A stretch of DNA of 64,000 bases from Eledone cirrhosa (Eukaryota). The position numbers were made by a program, and so were the translations under genes. The notes under the pieces are model-generated. The model saw nothing but the letters and a program-made list of their open reading frames with translations. It ran no database searches and had not been told where the DNA came from. The stretch spans positions 226,858,001 to 226,922,000 of the forward strand of contig OZ024743.1 of assembly GCA_964016885.1 (NCBI GenBank), written 5' to 3'. This document shows, in pieces, positions 23,592-38,320 of this stretch (positions are counted from its first letter, which is position 1; every line of letters starts with the position of its first letter).

Positions 23592-24446
23592 AATAATGAT
23601 GGCTGCTTGTTGCAAATGGTGGTGCATATGAAAAAGTAAGTTTTTCATCAGTGACCCTCCAACCGTCCCAGGCATTTCATCGCTTTAAGGGCCATATGCC
23701 TCAGGTTGGTGCGAACAACGGCTAAAAAAAGTCGTTGGGACACGTAATCAAAGGGGACGCCAGGGTAACAAACAAAAAGGTTTAAGCAACGGAAAGTGAG
23801 AAGAAATAGACAAGTCCCAGATCTCTATGAATATAAACTCGGTGAAATCGTGAACAAGAGACTAAAGACCATCAAACCTGGTTGAAATGTGAGCAAGGAA
23901 AGAATTTCGCACAAGTCTAACGGGGGTGAAAAAAGAGAGAAGAAGAAGAAGAAGAAGAAGAAGAAGAAGAAGAAGAAGAAGAAGAAGAAGAAGATAAAGG
24001 GATCTGGTCTACGAATTCGGTAAACATAAGTTTTGTGAAGTCGCAGACGAAAGAGAGAGAGAGAGAAAAAAAATTCCATACCAGCTTGGTCAAGACCGCG
24101 CGAGAAAAGAATTACACACAGGTCAAACTTGAAGGAGGAGGAGGAACGAGGAGGAGGAGAGGTAGTGACAGAGAATGAGTGAGTGAAAGTTGAGGAGGAG
24201 GCTAACAGAGAGAGAGACTGCTAGAAAGGGTAAAAGGTACAAAGAACGAGAAAGGTTAAAGGGTGCAAAGAACGAAACAGGCGAGTGGCAGCAGAAGAAA
24301 AATTATGTGTAAATATGATAATAATGATGGCTGCTTGTTGCAAATGGTGGTGCATATGAAAAAGTAAGTCCTTCATCAGTGACCCTCCAACCGTCCCAGG
24401 CATTTCATCGCTTTAAGGGCCATATGCCTCAGGTTGGTGCGAACAA
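23582..24446. repeat. ~135 bp direct repeat pair (23582-23720 / 24315-24446) enclosing purine-rich DNA and (GAA)n
   Basis: tatgataataatgatggctgc...ggttggtgcgaacaa occurs twice. Confidence 0.8.
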
Positions 24447-24754
24447 TTCGAATCATTGTAAGTTTGAATCTGGCATACAAAAACCCAAATCATAGTAGAT
24501 TCAAATATCACAGAGCGAAATAGAGAGAGAGGGTGAGAGATAGAGAGATATAGAGAGGGAGAGAGATAGAGAGATATATATATAGAGGGGGGGGGGATGA
24601 GGTGCAACAGAAATGAAACATGGATTACAGGTTAAAATATAGTCTAGATAGATGTAAAACAAAACGAGGATGTAGTTTATGGAACACCCAAATGATTTTG
24701 ACGTCGACCTTAACTAAGATCAATAGCATTAAGAAAGACACTTTGTTTTGTAAA

Positions 24755-25063
24755 TTCTGAAAGTAGGTTTGTAAGTATGAATTTTCTTAAGGTTTTTGTA
24801 GTTTTCCCTTTGGCCTAGCGGTATGTACTACAGACGGTGGAAATCATGACCTTGGGTTCAATCCTGGTCAAGAGCTATATGTAAATATCTTCAGTTTTTA
24901 ATTTACAACCAATAGAAAAAAAACCTTGAAAATGCTTGCCTTAAATACGATCAGGATCGAACTTCAGACCAGGAACCCCATCGTCTATGACTCCCCCAAC
25001 TAGGCCATTTAGACAGCTACAAAATTATAATGAAAATTGATAATTATAAACCTACTTTCAAAA
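24755..25063. repeat. Fold-back unit with two convergent tRNA-like arms, copy 2
   Basis: Diverged copy inside the larger duplication 22898-23445 / 24450-25117. Confidence 0.7.
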
Positions 25064-25118
25064 TCAAAGTTAAAAAGATGTAGTCTCGTTCATGAGTTTC
25101 CTAGAACTATTAGTAATC

Positions 25119-25452
25119 ATTATTGAAAGTCTCTGAACTTCGCAAAATGCATAATATTTTTTATTGGGAAAGATAAGATGTTTTTCCGCAAAAATCTGAT
25201 TGCACTGATTTGTTTTCACTTATGTATTTTTCGAAAATGTTATTTATTCCTTATAAAAATTAAATGATAGCCACCAATATTTTTAGACCCGACCCGCCAC
25301 TGAATATAGGTATCGCATATTTGATAATATACTGTATATTTAATTAAACATCTTTTGAAGACCGTTCACTCTGAATTTTAAAGTACCGACTGTGTCACTT
25401 ACTTATTCTCGGCAAAATATTTTTAATTAAACATACAGTATATTATCAATAT
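25119..25452. repeat. Fragments of unclassified dispersed repeats
   Basis: 25119-25283 resembles 13297-13508. 25318-25416 resembles 6228-6327 and is followed by a short inverted copy of its own start (25418-25452). Confidence 0.6.
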
Positions 25453-25965
25453 ACTGTATGTTGTTTTATTCTGCCTAGATTTGCGACCGGCAGATAGTAT
25501 TAGTAATTGGAAAGACCAATGGAAACATTGTTTCCTCGGTCTGATTTGACGAGCTCCATCCCATACGTTCAGTGAATGAGGCCTGGGACCTTGTCGATCG
25601 ACTGTTATATATACCTAACAGAAATGATATATGGTGTTATTTCGGGGTAGGTAAACTAGCTTCCCCAAAAACATGATAAGCAATGAAAACATTGTCCAGT
25701 TGTTGAATTTGGATAAAGTAGATCCTAACTGTCTCCACATAGTTCCCTCTTCAACTACAAAGGAAGTCCCTGTCAGCACAGCTTCTTAATGGTGCCAACC
25801 AATTCTGATCACACAAAACGACTATCTTATTTATGACCCCACAAAACGATGCATTTCACATGTATGGTACATACACACAATTTCATCAAATACAACATAA
25901 CCTTTAAAGTGAATTCTCTATCTACTACAATGAGGATACATGTATCCTATCTACTACCATTCGAA

Positions 25966-26149
25966 GGATTTGCAGTATCGGTAGAGCGTCGGTGGCCTAG
26001 CTTTGCAGCATAGAGTTACGGCCCTTTACGATCTGAGTTCAAATCCCACCGAGATTAACTTTGCCTTTCATCGCGGTCGATAAAATAAAGTACCAGTAAT
26101 GTACTTGGTTAATTGCAAGCCTTGTGCCATATCTAGAAGCAATTATTAT
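25966..26149 (+). mobile_element. SINE family 1
   Basis: Matches 985-1172. Confidence 0.85.
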
Positions 26150-26170
26150 AAGTAGTAGAATTACAACGAA

Positions 26171-26232
26171 TCTTCTTCTTCTTCTTCTTCTTCTTCTTCT
26201 TCTTCTTCTTCTTCTTCTTCTTCTTCTTCTTC
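26171..26232. repeat. (CTT)n microsatellite
   Basis: Direct read. Confidence 0.97.
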
Positions 26233-26648
26233 TATATTTGTTTACGCACCCTTTATATGCGTTCTCCTCCTTTAATTTACGCAGCCCCATTCTCTTCTAT
26301 TTCATCACTTATCAGGACACACAATATATGCGCCTCCGTCTCTTTATATATATATGTAGCAAATAAAATCATAGTTGAGTGATACTGAAGAAGACGGCCG
26401 ATCAAATAGGAATTTCGAAACTAGAAATCGGTAGTAACCTAACCACTAAAATGTCAGTCGATATTCGATATATCGATCTTCCACGATCAATCGACTCTCT
26501 GAAACAATCTTAAAACAATGAATTGAAAAACTACCTACCTCTGACTTCTGTCTTGATTTCATTGTTCTATAAACACACACATATATATATATATTATATA
26601 TTATATATGTATATACAAGCAAACTCACACGCTTACATATATATATAC

Positions 26649-26763
<115 letters not shown>

Positions 26764-27103
26764 GAGAGAGAGTAAGAGAGTGAGAGAGATAGTTTCTTGT
26801 AACTTCACACTGCGGTTTTTTTTTAATACGACGATATTTGAATTGCATTGTCATTAACATCTTTTTACTTTTTAATATCATAATTATCACCAAGAAAGTA
26901 ACTGATAATATATTTACGTTAATGGTGATCAAATGCCTTTCAACGTTTTTGTTTTCAATATTTCATCCTCTGTTGAAGAAAATATTCCGTATAGATTTAC
27001 CATGTAAAAAACATAAATGTCATCAATGCGATAAGACGAGGAATTCTAGTGGAATTGAAAATAAATTACTCCCAACTCTCAAGTTGACAAAAACATAGAT
27101 AAA

Positions 27104-27204
<101 letters not shown>

Positions 27205-29076
27205 TAGATATAGATATATAGATATATGAATGTGTACATATATACGTGTATTTGTACACATGTATATTCATATATGTATATTTAGGAACACACACATATA
27301 TTCATGTGTTTGTGTGGAGTGAGATAGATAGATTGATAGATAGAGAGAGAAATAGAGAAAGACTATAGAGACTCATTATGTTCTGATTTCCGAGATGATT
27401 ATACATTGGTATTATGTAGGTTCACACACACGTAATAAAAGATAACGGTACATGCTGTTCACTAAACTGTTGTTAATCTTCAGTGATGATGTTTGTTAAA
27501 TGCTCACTATATTCTATTAGTTATAGCTTGTTGTGTAAACTATTTCTCACCTCACACATTAAACATATGGAATGTATACCCGGTCTGAAATTAGTTCAAA
27601 TTGACTGGAACAGGGAACCAAGCAGCAGTAAGAAGAAGGATGTCACAAGGAAACTCAAAAAGTATATTTTTTTAAGAAAAGAAATAGACGTTAATCCCTA
27701 CATTTTGGGCATTTCCCAATTATGCATCAGTGTCCTTAGGTAAGAAAATATAAAACTTTCTTTAATGTGATAAAATCTTTTAGTTTGCTTGAAGCATTGT
27801 ATACAATATTTAATGTGGAAAATTATATATGTAATGAGGCTAAATAATGGAACATGGGCGTTAATATGAAGCCAACGAAAAAGTTTGATACCTGGTAATT
27901 TTTTTTTTTTTTTTCTGCCTTCATTACTTTATTGGATCGCTCAGCTATTTTGTGTATTTGAAAAAAGTTTATGGAGAATGGTGTAGGCTATTGAGTGCCT
28001 GTTATGTGCACCTGTCTATTTTATCTGTTTTATTTTTAAAAAGTCAATGAGATGCTGGAAATAATATTCCCCTAAATCAGACACACATTTCTTTAACAAA
28101 ATATAGCCAATTACAACAAAACAATAGTCGATACAATATGTGTGAATAAAAAAAATGGAATGGACAAGTCCGGGATATCTTTCATCAGCTTTGACCAACA
28201 AACATTCTTTTTTAATGACTTTGAAGAAACGAAAAACAAATTGGACTTCTGACAGATTCGAACTCTATGTGTCGAAGAATATAACAAATCTCTGCCAAGC
28301 ATTATAGATCTCTCCGTCGTCTTTTCCTACAACTCAAACGACTTCCAGAAAAAAAACAAATTAAAATATATTTCACAGTTCCTATTCTTTTCCTTTATCT
28401 TTTTTTTTTTTTTTCAAAGACATCTTTTGATGACTGAATTCCATTCCACTGAATATCATGTTGTTTCCGGAAGAAAAGAATTTCCATCTCTTTTAACAAT
28501 TTTGTTACGAAATTCTTGCCAAATTTCTGCGAAACTTTTAAATTGTTCTGACAAGCGATGAGTTGGTTCTTTGCCATTTCATCCGTCAATAGTCAAGGGA
28601 CAAGTCTTGGAGCAATAGTTTCCTTCAGTCTAGATTTGGCTGCAAACCATCTGAGTCATTACGAACACATATTTATTCAACTATCTTTCATTCACACACA
28701 AACAATGTACACACTCACATACATATATATTTACACAAGTATAGTCATAACAACACATCTAGTATGTGACAATTTTCCGGGATTTAAAATTCTGAAAGCA
28801 ATGGTTATTTTCCCTGATAAATTTGTTAATATTTCCATAGAATTGCCAAAGTTAGGCCCATTCATGTTTGCTAATCAGGATGTGACTAGAATTGCAGGTT
28901 ACAGAGATCTGAAATCAAATTTAATCTACGATGCAATATATATTCTTGTAATCAAAAAGGCTATATATAAGAACAAATTTCGATGGAATCCCAAACAATA
29001 ATGTTTGCTCTGTTCTCAAGAGACCTACAAATATTTGGATGTGAATATTATATTGTAACAATATGCCTATCCTATA

Positions 29077-29154
<78 letters not shown>

Positions 29155-29157
<3 letters not shown>

Positions 29158-29519
29158 GGTCTCATACTACAGCACAACATTTTGGGTAAGGGACTTCAAT
29201 CACAGTTAATGGTCAATCCATATTCTAAGAGTGAAACTATACACATTCTACTTGGGATTCCTTGTTTCTAAATTAAGAATAACAACAGACCAGAGGCAAG
29301 TGGTCAACAGAGAGACAATCCACCATATATATATATATATATATATACATGGTCTCATACTACAGCACAACATTTTGGGTAAGGGACTTCAATCACAGTT
29401 AATGGTCAATCCATATTCTAAGAGTGAAACTATACACATTCTACTTGGGATTCCTTGTTTCTAAATTAAGAATAACAACAGACCAGAGGCAAGTGGTCAA
29501 CAGAGAGACAATCCACCAT
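29155..29519. repeat. Identical 172-bp tandem duplication separated by (TA)n
   Basis: 29155-29326 equals 29348-29519. Confidence 0.9.
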
Positions 29520-29984
29520 GTGGGTGACAGACAAGTGTAGAAATGATTGAAAGAGGATGAGGACAAAGAGAAGTGTGTTGGCGCATAGCAAAAGGAAATA
29601 GAGAAAGGTAATGTAGGAGACAAGCTTTCACACATCAACTTTCAAACTAGAAAAATTGTTTCATATGACTTAATTGAGAGTACCATTATAAAATGCTGGA
29701 TCGTGCAACAGAAAAATAAATCTTTCTGCTGATAAAATGTGGGTGTGATAACAGAAACAGCGCGGATAGAAGGACGATAGAAAACAAAGAAAATGGAATA
29801 AGAGGATAGTGGTCCTTAAGCTGTGGTGCCTGTCCTAAATAGAAAGCTAATCATAGCTATGATAAAGTTAAATGATAAAAAACAAAACAAATGATGTCGC
29901 TGAACTTTCACAGCATTTAGCTGTTTCAATGGCTGTTCTAGCGATGAGTTTTCTCAATTTTATATATATTCAAATAAACTCTTG

Positions 29985-31140
29985 CTTCGTCCATGGGCTG
30001 GATCATTTCAATTCAGAGCCGTATGTGCTCGGCGATCAAATTCAACGGCCACCTATCTGGACCGTTCATGATTTCGCGCTCGGTGCATCAAGAATGCCCT
30101 CTATCGTCTGTGCGTATTGACTCGCCAAATTAGAAGGCCTGCTCTTCAATGTGTGGAAGCGACAGGTTCCATTTGTTTTGCGTTCCATCTGCTTCCAGTA
30201 TCCTCTGCGCAGAGTGCTGAGAATGCCGTGACTGATTATATGCGAACAAGCGCTGAACTCGTCTCTTTCACCTTGCTGTAGTTGTGGTTCTAGAGAATAC
30301 TGAGACTAGGCGCCTAGTATCTGGAATATTGCCAGAGGCTGAGTGCCCTCTAATAGTCAGCCAATGAGATCAGTGGAACTTTCATTATAGAGTTCCATAG
30401 AGGACTGACTAGTGGTGGGAGAGTGCATCGAGGTTCATGGGGAGTCTCTGGGTGTCGAAAAAATCGAACAGATCTGTCGGTTCCGGAGGACTTTCGATTC
30501 GGAGACTATGAATAACATGCAGAAATTCCTTGCTTGTCAGATCTACCGGAGGGTAGGGGCACTGCTGTTTTGAGACCAACTCTACAAGCACAGAAGTGCT
30601 TCCGACGGATCTGTCCGAAATACGCACAGAGCGAGACAAAACCGTTCTACACGCACTAGACCAGTGTCCCAGCATTACTGACTTGTGACATTTTGTCGAA
30701 CAGCTATTATCACGTGTCGACCGAGTTTATCACGAATATTTCCCAACCACCTTCCTTTGGCCGCGAAGAGCAGGCAATTTTCCTTTGCCTGGTGACTGTA
30801 GCAAAAGAGGTTGGATGCAACTGAAAGTACTGATGATAGACATGTTCTCGTGTTTTCAAGTTCTACTTTGAAAGAAAGGTGATCGTGAGGAGGAAAGTGC
30901 TGCCTCAGTACAATTGTTAAAATGTGGATGAATGTAGTGATGAGGGTGGTTTACTAGTAGAATGAGTAGGGTTGTTTACGATTCGTGGTGTACTTAAGTT
31001 GCCCCTAGGGGGTACTCCCCCTTTTGGAGATTTTTATTGTTGTAATTTGTTATCCTTCTTTTTATCGATTTATTATAAACCCCACTCTCCCTGTCTATTG
31101 TATTGTCCCCTATATGTCGGCCCTTCGGACCAATAAGGAA
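29985..31140 (+). mobile_element. Highly decayed 3' part of a related L1/Tx1 LINE
   Basis: 30630-30810 translates to KTVLHALDQCPSITDL*HFVEQLLSRV..PPSF..EEQAIFLCLVTVAKE, matching the C-terminus of the 9313-9807 ORF. Confidence 0.75.
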
Positions 31141-31151
31141 ACTAATATTAT

Positions 31152-31356
31152 TGCCAGAATTGGTAGAGGGTCGATACCCTGTTTTGCAGCATAGAGTTAT
31201 GGCCCTTTGTATTTTGTGTTAAAATCCCGTTGATGTTAATTTTGCCTCCTATCCATATGGGGTCGATAAAGTACCAGTCGATTTAATCAACCCCCCCCCC
31301 CCCCACACACACACACAGAAAAAATGATTGTCGTTGTGCCTAAATTAGAACCATTA
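31152..31356 (+). mobile_element. SINE family 1, diverged
   Basis: Matches 3971-4190. Its (ATT)n tail hosts the R4/Dong insertion. Confidence 0.75.
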
Positions 31357-31378
31357 TTATTATTATTGTTATTGTTAT

Positions 31379-31994
<616 letters not shown>

Positions 31995-32715
31995 TACTAT
32001 AAGAAAAAATTATTCTTATTCAACCATTTTCCTTTCTCTGTTATATTTATCTCATGTATTCTGAGTCTGGTGAATTTTAAGAGCAAATTATATCAATACT
32101 CTTGGCGTTCCCTAATGCTTTTTATGTTAATTTAATTTCGCGTGAGGGACTGTAAACAAAACGCAAATGCTCATCTCCAAATATATTCTAGCTGTCAATA
32201 AATAAACTGTGAGATTTTGTAAATGACAAAAATAAAAAAGGCATTTGAAAATAATGTGAAGCAAGTAGCAAATAAAGAAACCATAACATACATATAAAGA
32301 AAACAGAAGTGCTGTAAACACTTTAGATATAACTTAGAGGAAAGGAATTGTATTAAGAAAAATATTCGAAAATAAATTATTGTTGTTCGGCCTTGGTCGT
32401 GTAGATATCATTGCAGCAGTAGCAACAACTACTCCATTTATTTGTATATTAACCAACGACCTTGTCCAATGTGTCATTACCTTGATTTACATATTTTGCG
32501 TTTGGTGGATTTAATACATCTCCCAATTTATACAACACCACCTGGCGGTTTAGTGGAAAACATTGTTTCAATAATTCAGGATTGAGTATAAGGTCCTACA
32601 TTCTACCAGTCTCAAAATGATTTGAAAATAGTAACGGTCATGTGAGCGGCCCTCCTCATCCCCGTTAAATTGTAAAAACAAAAATAAGAATTGGTTCTTT
32701 GGTTGCTATTTCTAA

Positions 32716-32903
32716 TAATTGTTTCTACTTTTGGCACAATGCCAGCAATTATCCCAGTGTATTACTGGTACTTTATTTTATCGACCACATAAGGATGAAA
32801 GGAAAAGTTAACCTCGGCGGGATTTGAACTCAGACCATAAAGGGCCGTAACTCTTTGCTGAAAAGCATGGTATCCGTCCCTCTACTGAAGCTGCCAACCC
32901 ATC
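32716..32903 (-). mobile_element. SINE family 1
   Basis: Reverse-complement match. 18-bp TSD gttgctatttctaataat at 32702-32719 and 32904-32921. Confidence 0.88.
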
Positions 32904-33347
32904 GTTGCTATTTCTAATAATAAACAATGAGTTTTAAGATTCCTATTGTAGACTATTGAATTGTAAATTACTGCTCCTTTTAAAATCAAATGAAATAGTT
33001 GTCACAATCACACTGGATGTATTAGTCCTCAACTGAATCTTAGGTCATCGTCAGTCTTGTTATAAACAGCAGCCAAATATCCGGGAAATCACGCACCATC
33101 TTTTTAAGGAAAGAAAAGCGACGTTGAGCATAACTGTGGTCGACTACAAAACTCAAACGCTACTCTCTTCAACGCCACCGTGTGTGTTATACAATGTGTA
33201 TGATGTGGTAAATATTCCATCAATATTGTCCAAATGATGATGCCAGCAACTTTAGAATAATTTATCCAAGGCTTGGACTCAGTGCAATCGTCTCTAACAA
33301 AAATTGAGCTGGCATTAATTAACCACATTATAACATAAACATAAAAG

Positions 33348-33529
33348 GGTGGTGAATTGGCTGTATCGGTAGAGGGTTGGATGCTTTCTAGCATAGTTAC
33401 GTCCCTTTACTGTCTGATTTCAAATCCCGTCGAGGTTAACTTTGCTTCTCATCCTTACGGGGTCGATAAAATAAAGTACTAGTAATGTACTGGTTAATTG
33501 CTGGCTTTGTGCCAAAAGTAGAAACAATA
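33348..33529 (+). mobile_element. SINE family 1
   Basis: Matches 985-1172. TSD tataacataaaca at 33329-33341 and 33530-33542. Confidence 0.88.
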
Positions 33530-33786
33530 TATAACATAAACACGTCATAGGCTTTATCCATTGCAATATCAAACTATAAATTAACATGACAGAATAAGAT
33601 CACATACAATTCAGAGTGTATCTAGGCAAATTTCCGTACAAAATAACTTTTTACTGAGGTGTAAATCATAAAATAAAATACTTAACCAAGTGGTTGTATT
33701 AAGGTAGACATATCTTAGTTCAATATTGGCCTAAACCTATCAAATTTATCAAAGTATGTATGTATTTATGTTCGCATATGTATATG

Positions 33787-33825
<39 letters not shown>

Positions 33826-33828
<3 letters not shown>

Positions 33829-34301
33829 TCTCTGTCCACGTATTGACCTGCTGATAGGTGGTATATTGCCATAGAGATCCTTATTTGTTGGGTGTTCCCT
33901 CCAAGACACGTTTAAAGCAGCACGGAGCATACGTGTGTATGCCCCGTCTAGCTTTTTCTCCAGTTTCGACGTTAGCGTCCAAGTGATAGAGCCATAAACA
34001 AGCACAAATTCCACAGCAGCTCTGAAGAAATTCCTTTTCAGTTTGGCCGGCAGTTTTGATTTCCATATCTTTTCCATTGCATTCAATGCTCCCCAGCAAG
34101 GAAGAAATAGTAGGTGATGTGTTGTTATGGCGTCCATCTCATGGAGCATGAAACGCTGGTCGTCCCAAGAAGACATATGTCAAGCAACTTGAGGACAATA
34201 TTGGATGCACTGCGGAAGAACTGGCAAACACTATGAGAGACAGAGATGGATGGAGGAAACGTGTCCTAGAAAGCCGAGCAAGCTCAACCTGATGATGATG
34301 A
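33826..34301. mobile_element. RTE-clade LINE 3' fragment with an inverted 5' part
   Basis: Minus strand 33826-34097: WGALNAMEKIWKS..FFRAAVEFVLVYGSITWTLT..LDGAYTRMLRAALNVSW. Plus strand 34095-34292: SKEEIVGDVLLWRPSHG..GRPKKTYVKQL..MRDRDGWRKRV..*, then a (TGA)n tail. Confidence 0.85.
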
Positions 34302-34316
34302 TACATATATATATGT

Positions 34317-34757
34317 ACAAGAGATATTTAATTTGTTGGAAATCCAGCAAATATAGATGTTCATAACTGATTTCTGGAGTAAGTATTCAATGATATTAAA
34401 TAAATGGAAACTATATTTATAAAACCATATTTATTCTATTATATATATTTCAAGGGTACCAAAAATTTTGGTACGCTATCATCAGATAAAATACTAAATG
34501 TTTTATAAATATTTGACATGACGAAAGATAATATACCTTAACGGTTCAAGTTATCCCTGGATTTATCGTATCTTACAACTTCAAGTTGTCCCTGACTTTC
34601 CAGGGATAACTTGAACCGTTAAGGTATATTATATTTGGTCATGTCAAATATTTATAAAACATTTTGTATTTTATTTGATGATAGCGTATCAAAATTTTGG
34701 TACGCTTGAAATATATATAATAGAATAAATATAGTTTCCATTTATTTAATATCATTG
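34317..34757. mobile_element. Non-coding palindromic HHR element
   Basis: Inverted arms 34388-34560 and 34600-34757, left tail 34317-34387, TA-repeat flanks. Confidence 0.8.
34432..34493 (-). ncRNA. Minimal type I hammerhead ribozyme
   Basis: tattttat-CTGATGA-t agcgtacc aaaattttt ggtaccct t-GAAA-tatata-TA-atagaata. The mirror copy at 34667-34727 (+) has TTGATGA. Confidence 0.75.
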
Positions 34758-34759
34758 TG

Positions 34760-34818
<59 letters not shown>

Positions 34819-34997
34819 AGTATATTTACCAACTTATGCGTACAGATGTACACTAATGCTAGCAAATTACATTGCGTAACTATCTTTATCCCATTACAGA
34901 AACTAATTAGTTGGAGTGAAAATTTTAGTACGTTAATTTTTAATTTTTATAATTTTCTTATTTTACGTCTTTCATATATATATATATATATATATAT

Positions 34998-36081
<1,084 letters not shown>

Positions 36082-36577
36082 AGTAAGTGTATTTACCGAA
36101 TCAATCAAAGGTGTTTGTCTAGTGGTCACAAGAGTCAAATTAATTACAGTTAAATAGCCATTCACTCGAAAACAAAAGTAAGAAATAAAGAATTTTTCCA
36201 ATAAAAGTGGCCTAAATAGACATAATGGACACACAACGATACTCGAACAAAAAATGGAGAATGTAATTACATCTAAAAAAAAAAACCATCGTCACCTAGA
36301 CCGCAGTTTCTGATGCATGATCTGACTATTAAAGTGCATCCTTATGCACCTCAATAGCGAAACGAACATGCCGCTTCTTCAGAGGGAAAACCTGTCCCAA
36401 ATTCCATATAAAGATGTAAATCAGAAATGTCTGCTATACCAATACCAATGTAATAACGGCAATAGTGTTCTTGTTAGCGACTTATAGAAGGAGGAGTCAA
36501 GCATACAATATAACTATTAGAGTAAATGGCTGGAAAAATTAACAAAACAATTGTATGTAAATATTTGCATATGTATA

Positions 36578-36614
<37 letters not shown>

Positions 36615-36655
36615 GAGAGTAAAACAAAGAATCCTTTAATACATCAAAAGTTTTT

Positions 36656-36700
36656 ATTAGCCGACAATGTTTCGTCCTATTAAGGACTCATCAGGGCAAT
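36656..36700 (-). ncRNA. Type I hammerhead ribozyme (mirror copy)
   Basis: Exact reverse complement of 38276-38320. Confidence 0.92.
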
Positions 36701-38275
36701 CAAAACAACAAGAAGTAATTTCGGCAGATACAAGCCAGAAACTCCGAAGAATATGGGGTTTACATATACTAATGTCTTACAAGGATATAGGATAATAAAA
36801 ATGAGGATAAAACTATAATAACTAAGGATGTAGATGACATTAAGAACCATATTACAAATATGGTCCAAAGTCACCAACTTAAATCTAAACAAATTTGGTT
36901 ATATAGAACAGGAATTATATTTAACACAGTATAATACATTCTAATAATAATATATCTATACCAACACTGAAATTCCAAATCAAAAATCAAAAGGTGCGAT
37001 ATATACATGTATATATGTGCGCACACACACACACACATTACAATACACATATCTATTTTCTATTACACATAAATTAAGCCTCAAAAATATTAAAAATAAA
37101 CATGGTAATTGGGAGTCATTTAAAATGATCGTTTTCCTGGGTGCTTACCAAATTTCTTAATGCACGCGGGACTTAAGTGTGTTTACATTTGCCTTGTTTT
37201 GTAATTTCCGGTTGATTGGTTTTATTTACCACTCACTGTCTGGCTTTGCTCATCCACATATGTCTGTCTACTAACCTTGAAATTATAAGTATTTATTTAT
37301 ATATTATATGCCTATTTTAAGATATATTACATTATGATATAGATCCTTATTACTTACCGTTTATTATATATAACATTAAGATACTTAAACTTTATATTTT
37401 TTAATATCTTAATATTTTAATATCTTAATATTTTAATATTTTAATATTGTAGTATGTAACATTACGGTATTTAGACTTTACATATCATGTTAGATGTCTA
37501 TATATTTTTTCTGTAACAACATATTTTTTCTGTAACATCATAATTGTTCCCTGTACCAATATAGTTTTTTTGAGTATTATTGTATTATTGTATTATATTA
37601 TATGATTGATATTTCCCCATTTATTATGTAACCCAATATGAACCATGTTGTACATATGGTAATTGTTAATATAATGTTCACTGTGACATCTATATTGTTT
37701 CTGTAAATTAACCGGAAATTATATATATTCTTATTTTATATATATTCTACTTTATTATATTGTATTATATTATATAATTTTGTTGTTTATTATTTATTAT
37801 AAGTGTTTCTTGTAATTATTGCCCCATGTATATTGGGTAGATATATTAGCATTATTTTCACTATTACCATGTTTATTTTTAATATTTTTGAGGCTTAATT
37901 TCTGTGTAATAGAAAATAGATATGTGTATTGTAATGTGTGTGTGTGTGTGTGTGCGCACATATATACATGTATATATCGCACCTTTTGATTTTTGATTTG
38001 GAATTTCAGTGTTGGTATAGATATATTATTATTAGAATGTATTATACTGTGTTATATATAATTCCTGTTCTATATAACCTAATTTGTTTAGATTTAAGTT
38101 GGTGACTTTGGACCATATTTGTAATATGGTTCTTAATGTCATCTACATCCTTAGTTATTATAGTTTTATCCTCATTTTTATTATCCTATATCCTTGTAAG
38201 ACATTAGTATATGTAAACCCCATATTCTTCGGAGTTTCTGGCTTGTATCTGCCGAAATTACTTCTTGTTGTTTTG

Positions 38276-38320
38276 ATTGCCCTGATGAGTCCTTAATAGG
38301 ACGAAACATTGTCGGCTAAT
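38276..38320 (+). ncRNA. Type I hammerhead ribozyme, canonical core
   Basis: attgcc-CTGATGA-gtcct taat aggac-GAAAC att GTC-ggctaat. GUC cleavage triplet and G10.1-C11.1 pair are present. Confidence 0.92.

Noticed and set aside
23645-24379. CTGATGA on the minus strand in both copies of the 135-bp direct repeat
   Set aside because: I could not build a downstream GAAA box or stems I and III.
28016-28650. Short minus-strand ORFs as a decayed transposase or host exon
   Set aside because: No motif I can recognise. A TBLASTX/HMM search would be needed.
34290-34301. CTGATGA at the RTE 3' end as a hammerhead core
   Set aside because: It is the stop codon plus the (TGA)n tail, with no stems.
36680-38296. 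Identical 70 aa hydrophobic ORFs in both arms of the 36611-38468 element
   Set aside because: TTG start, no recognisable domain, ends inside the hammerhead, and the identity merely reflects the inverted repeat.
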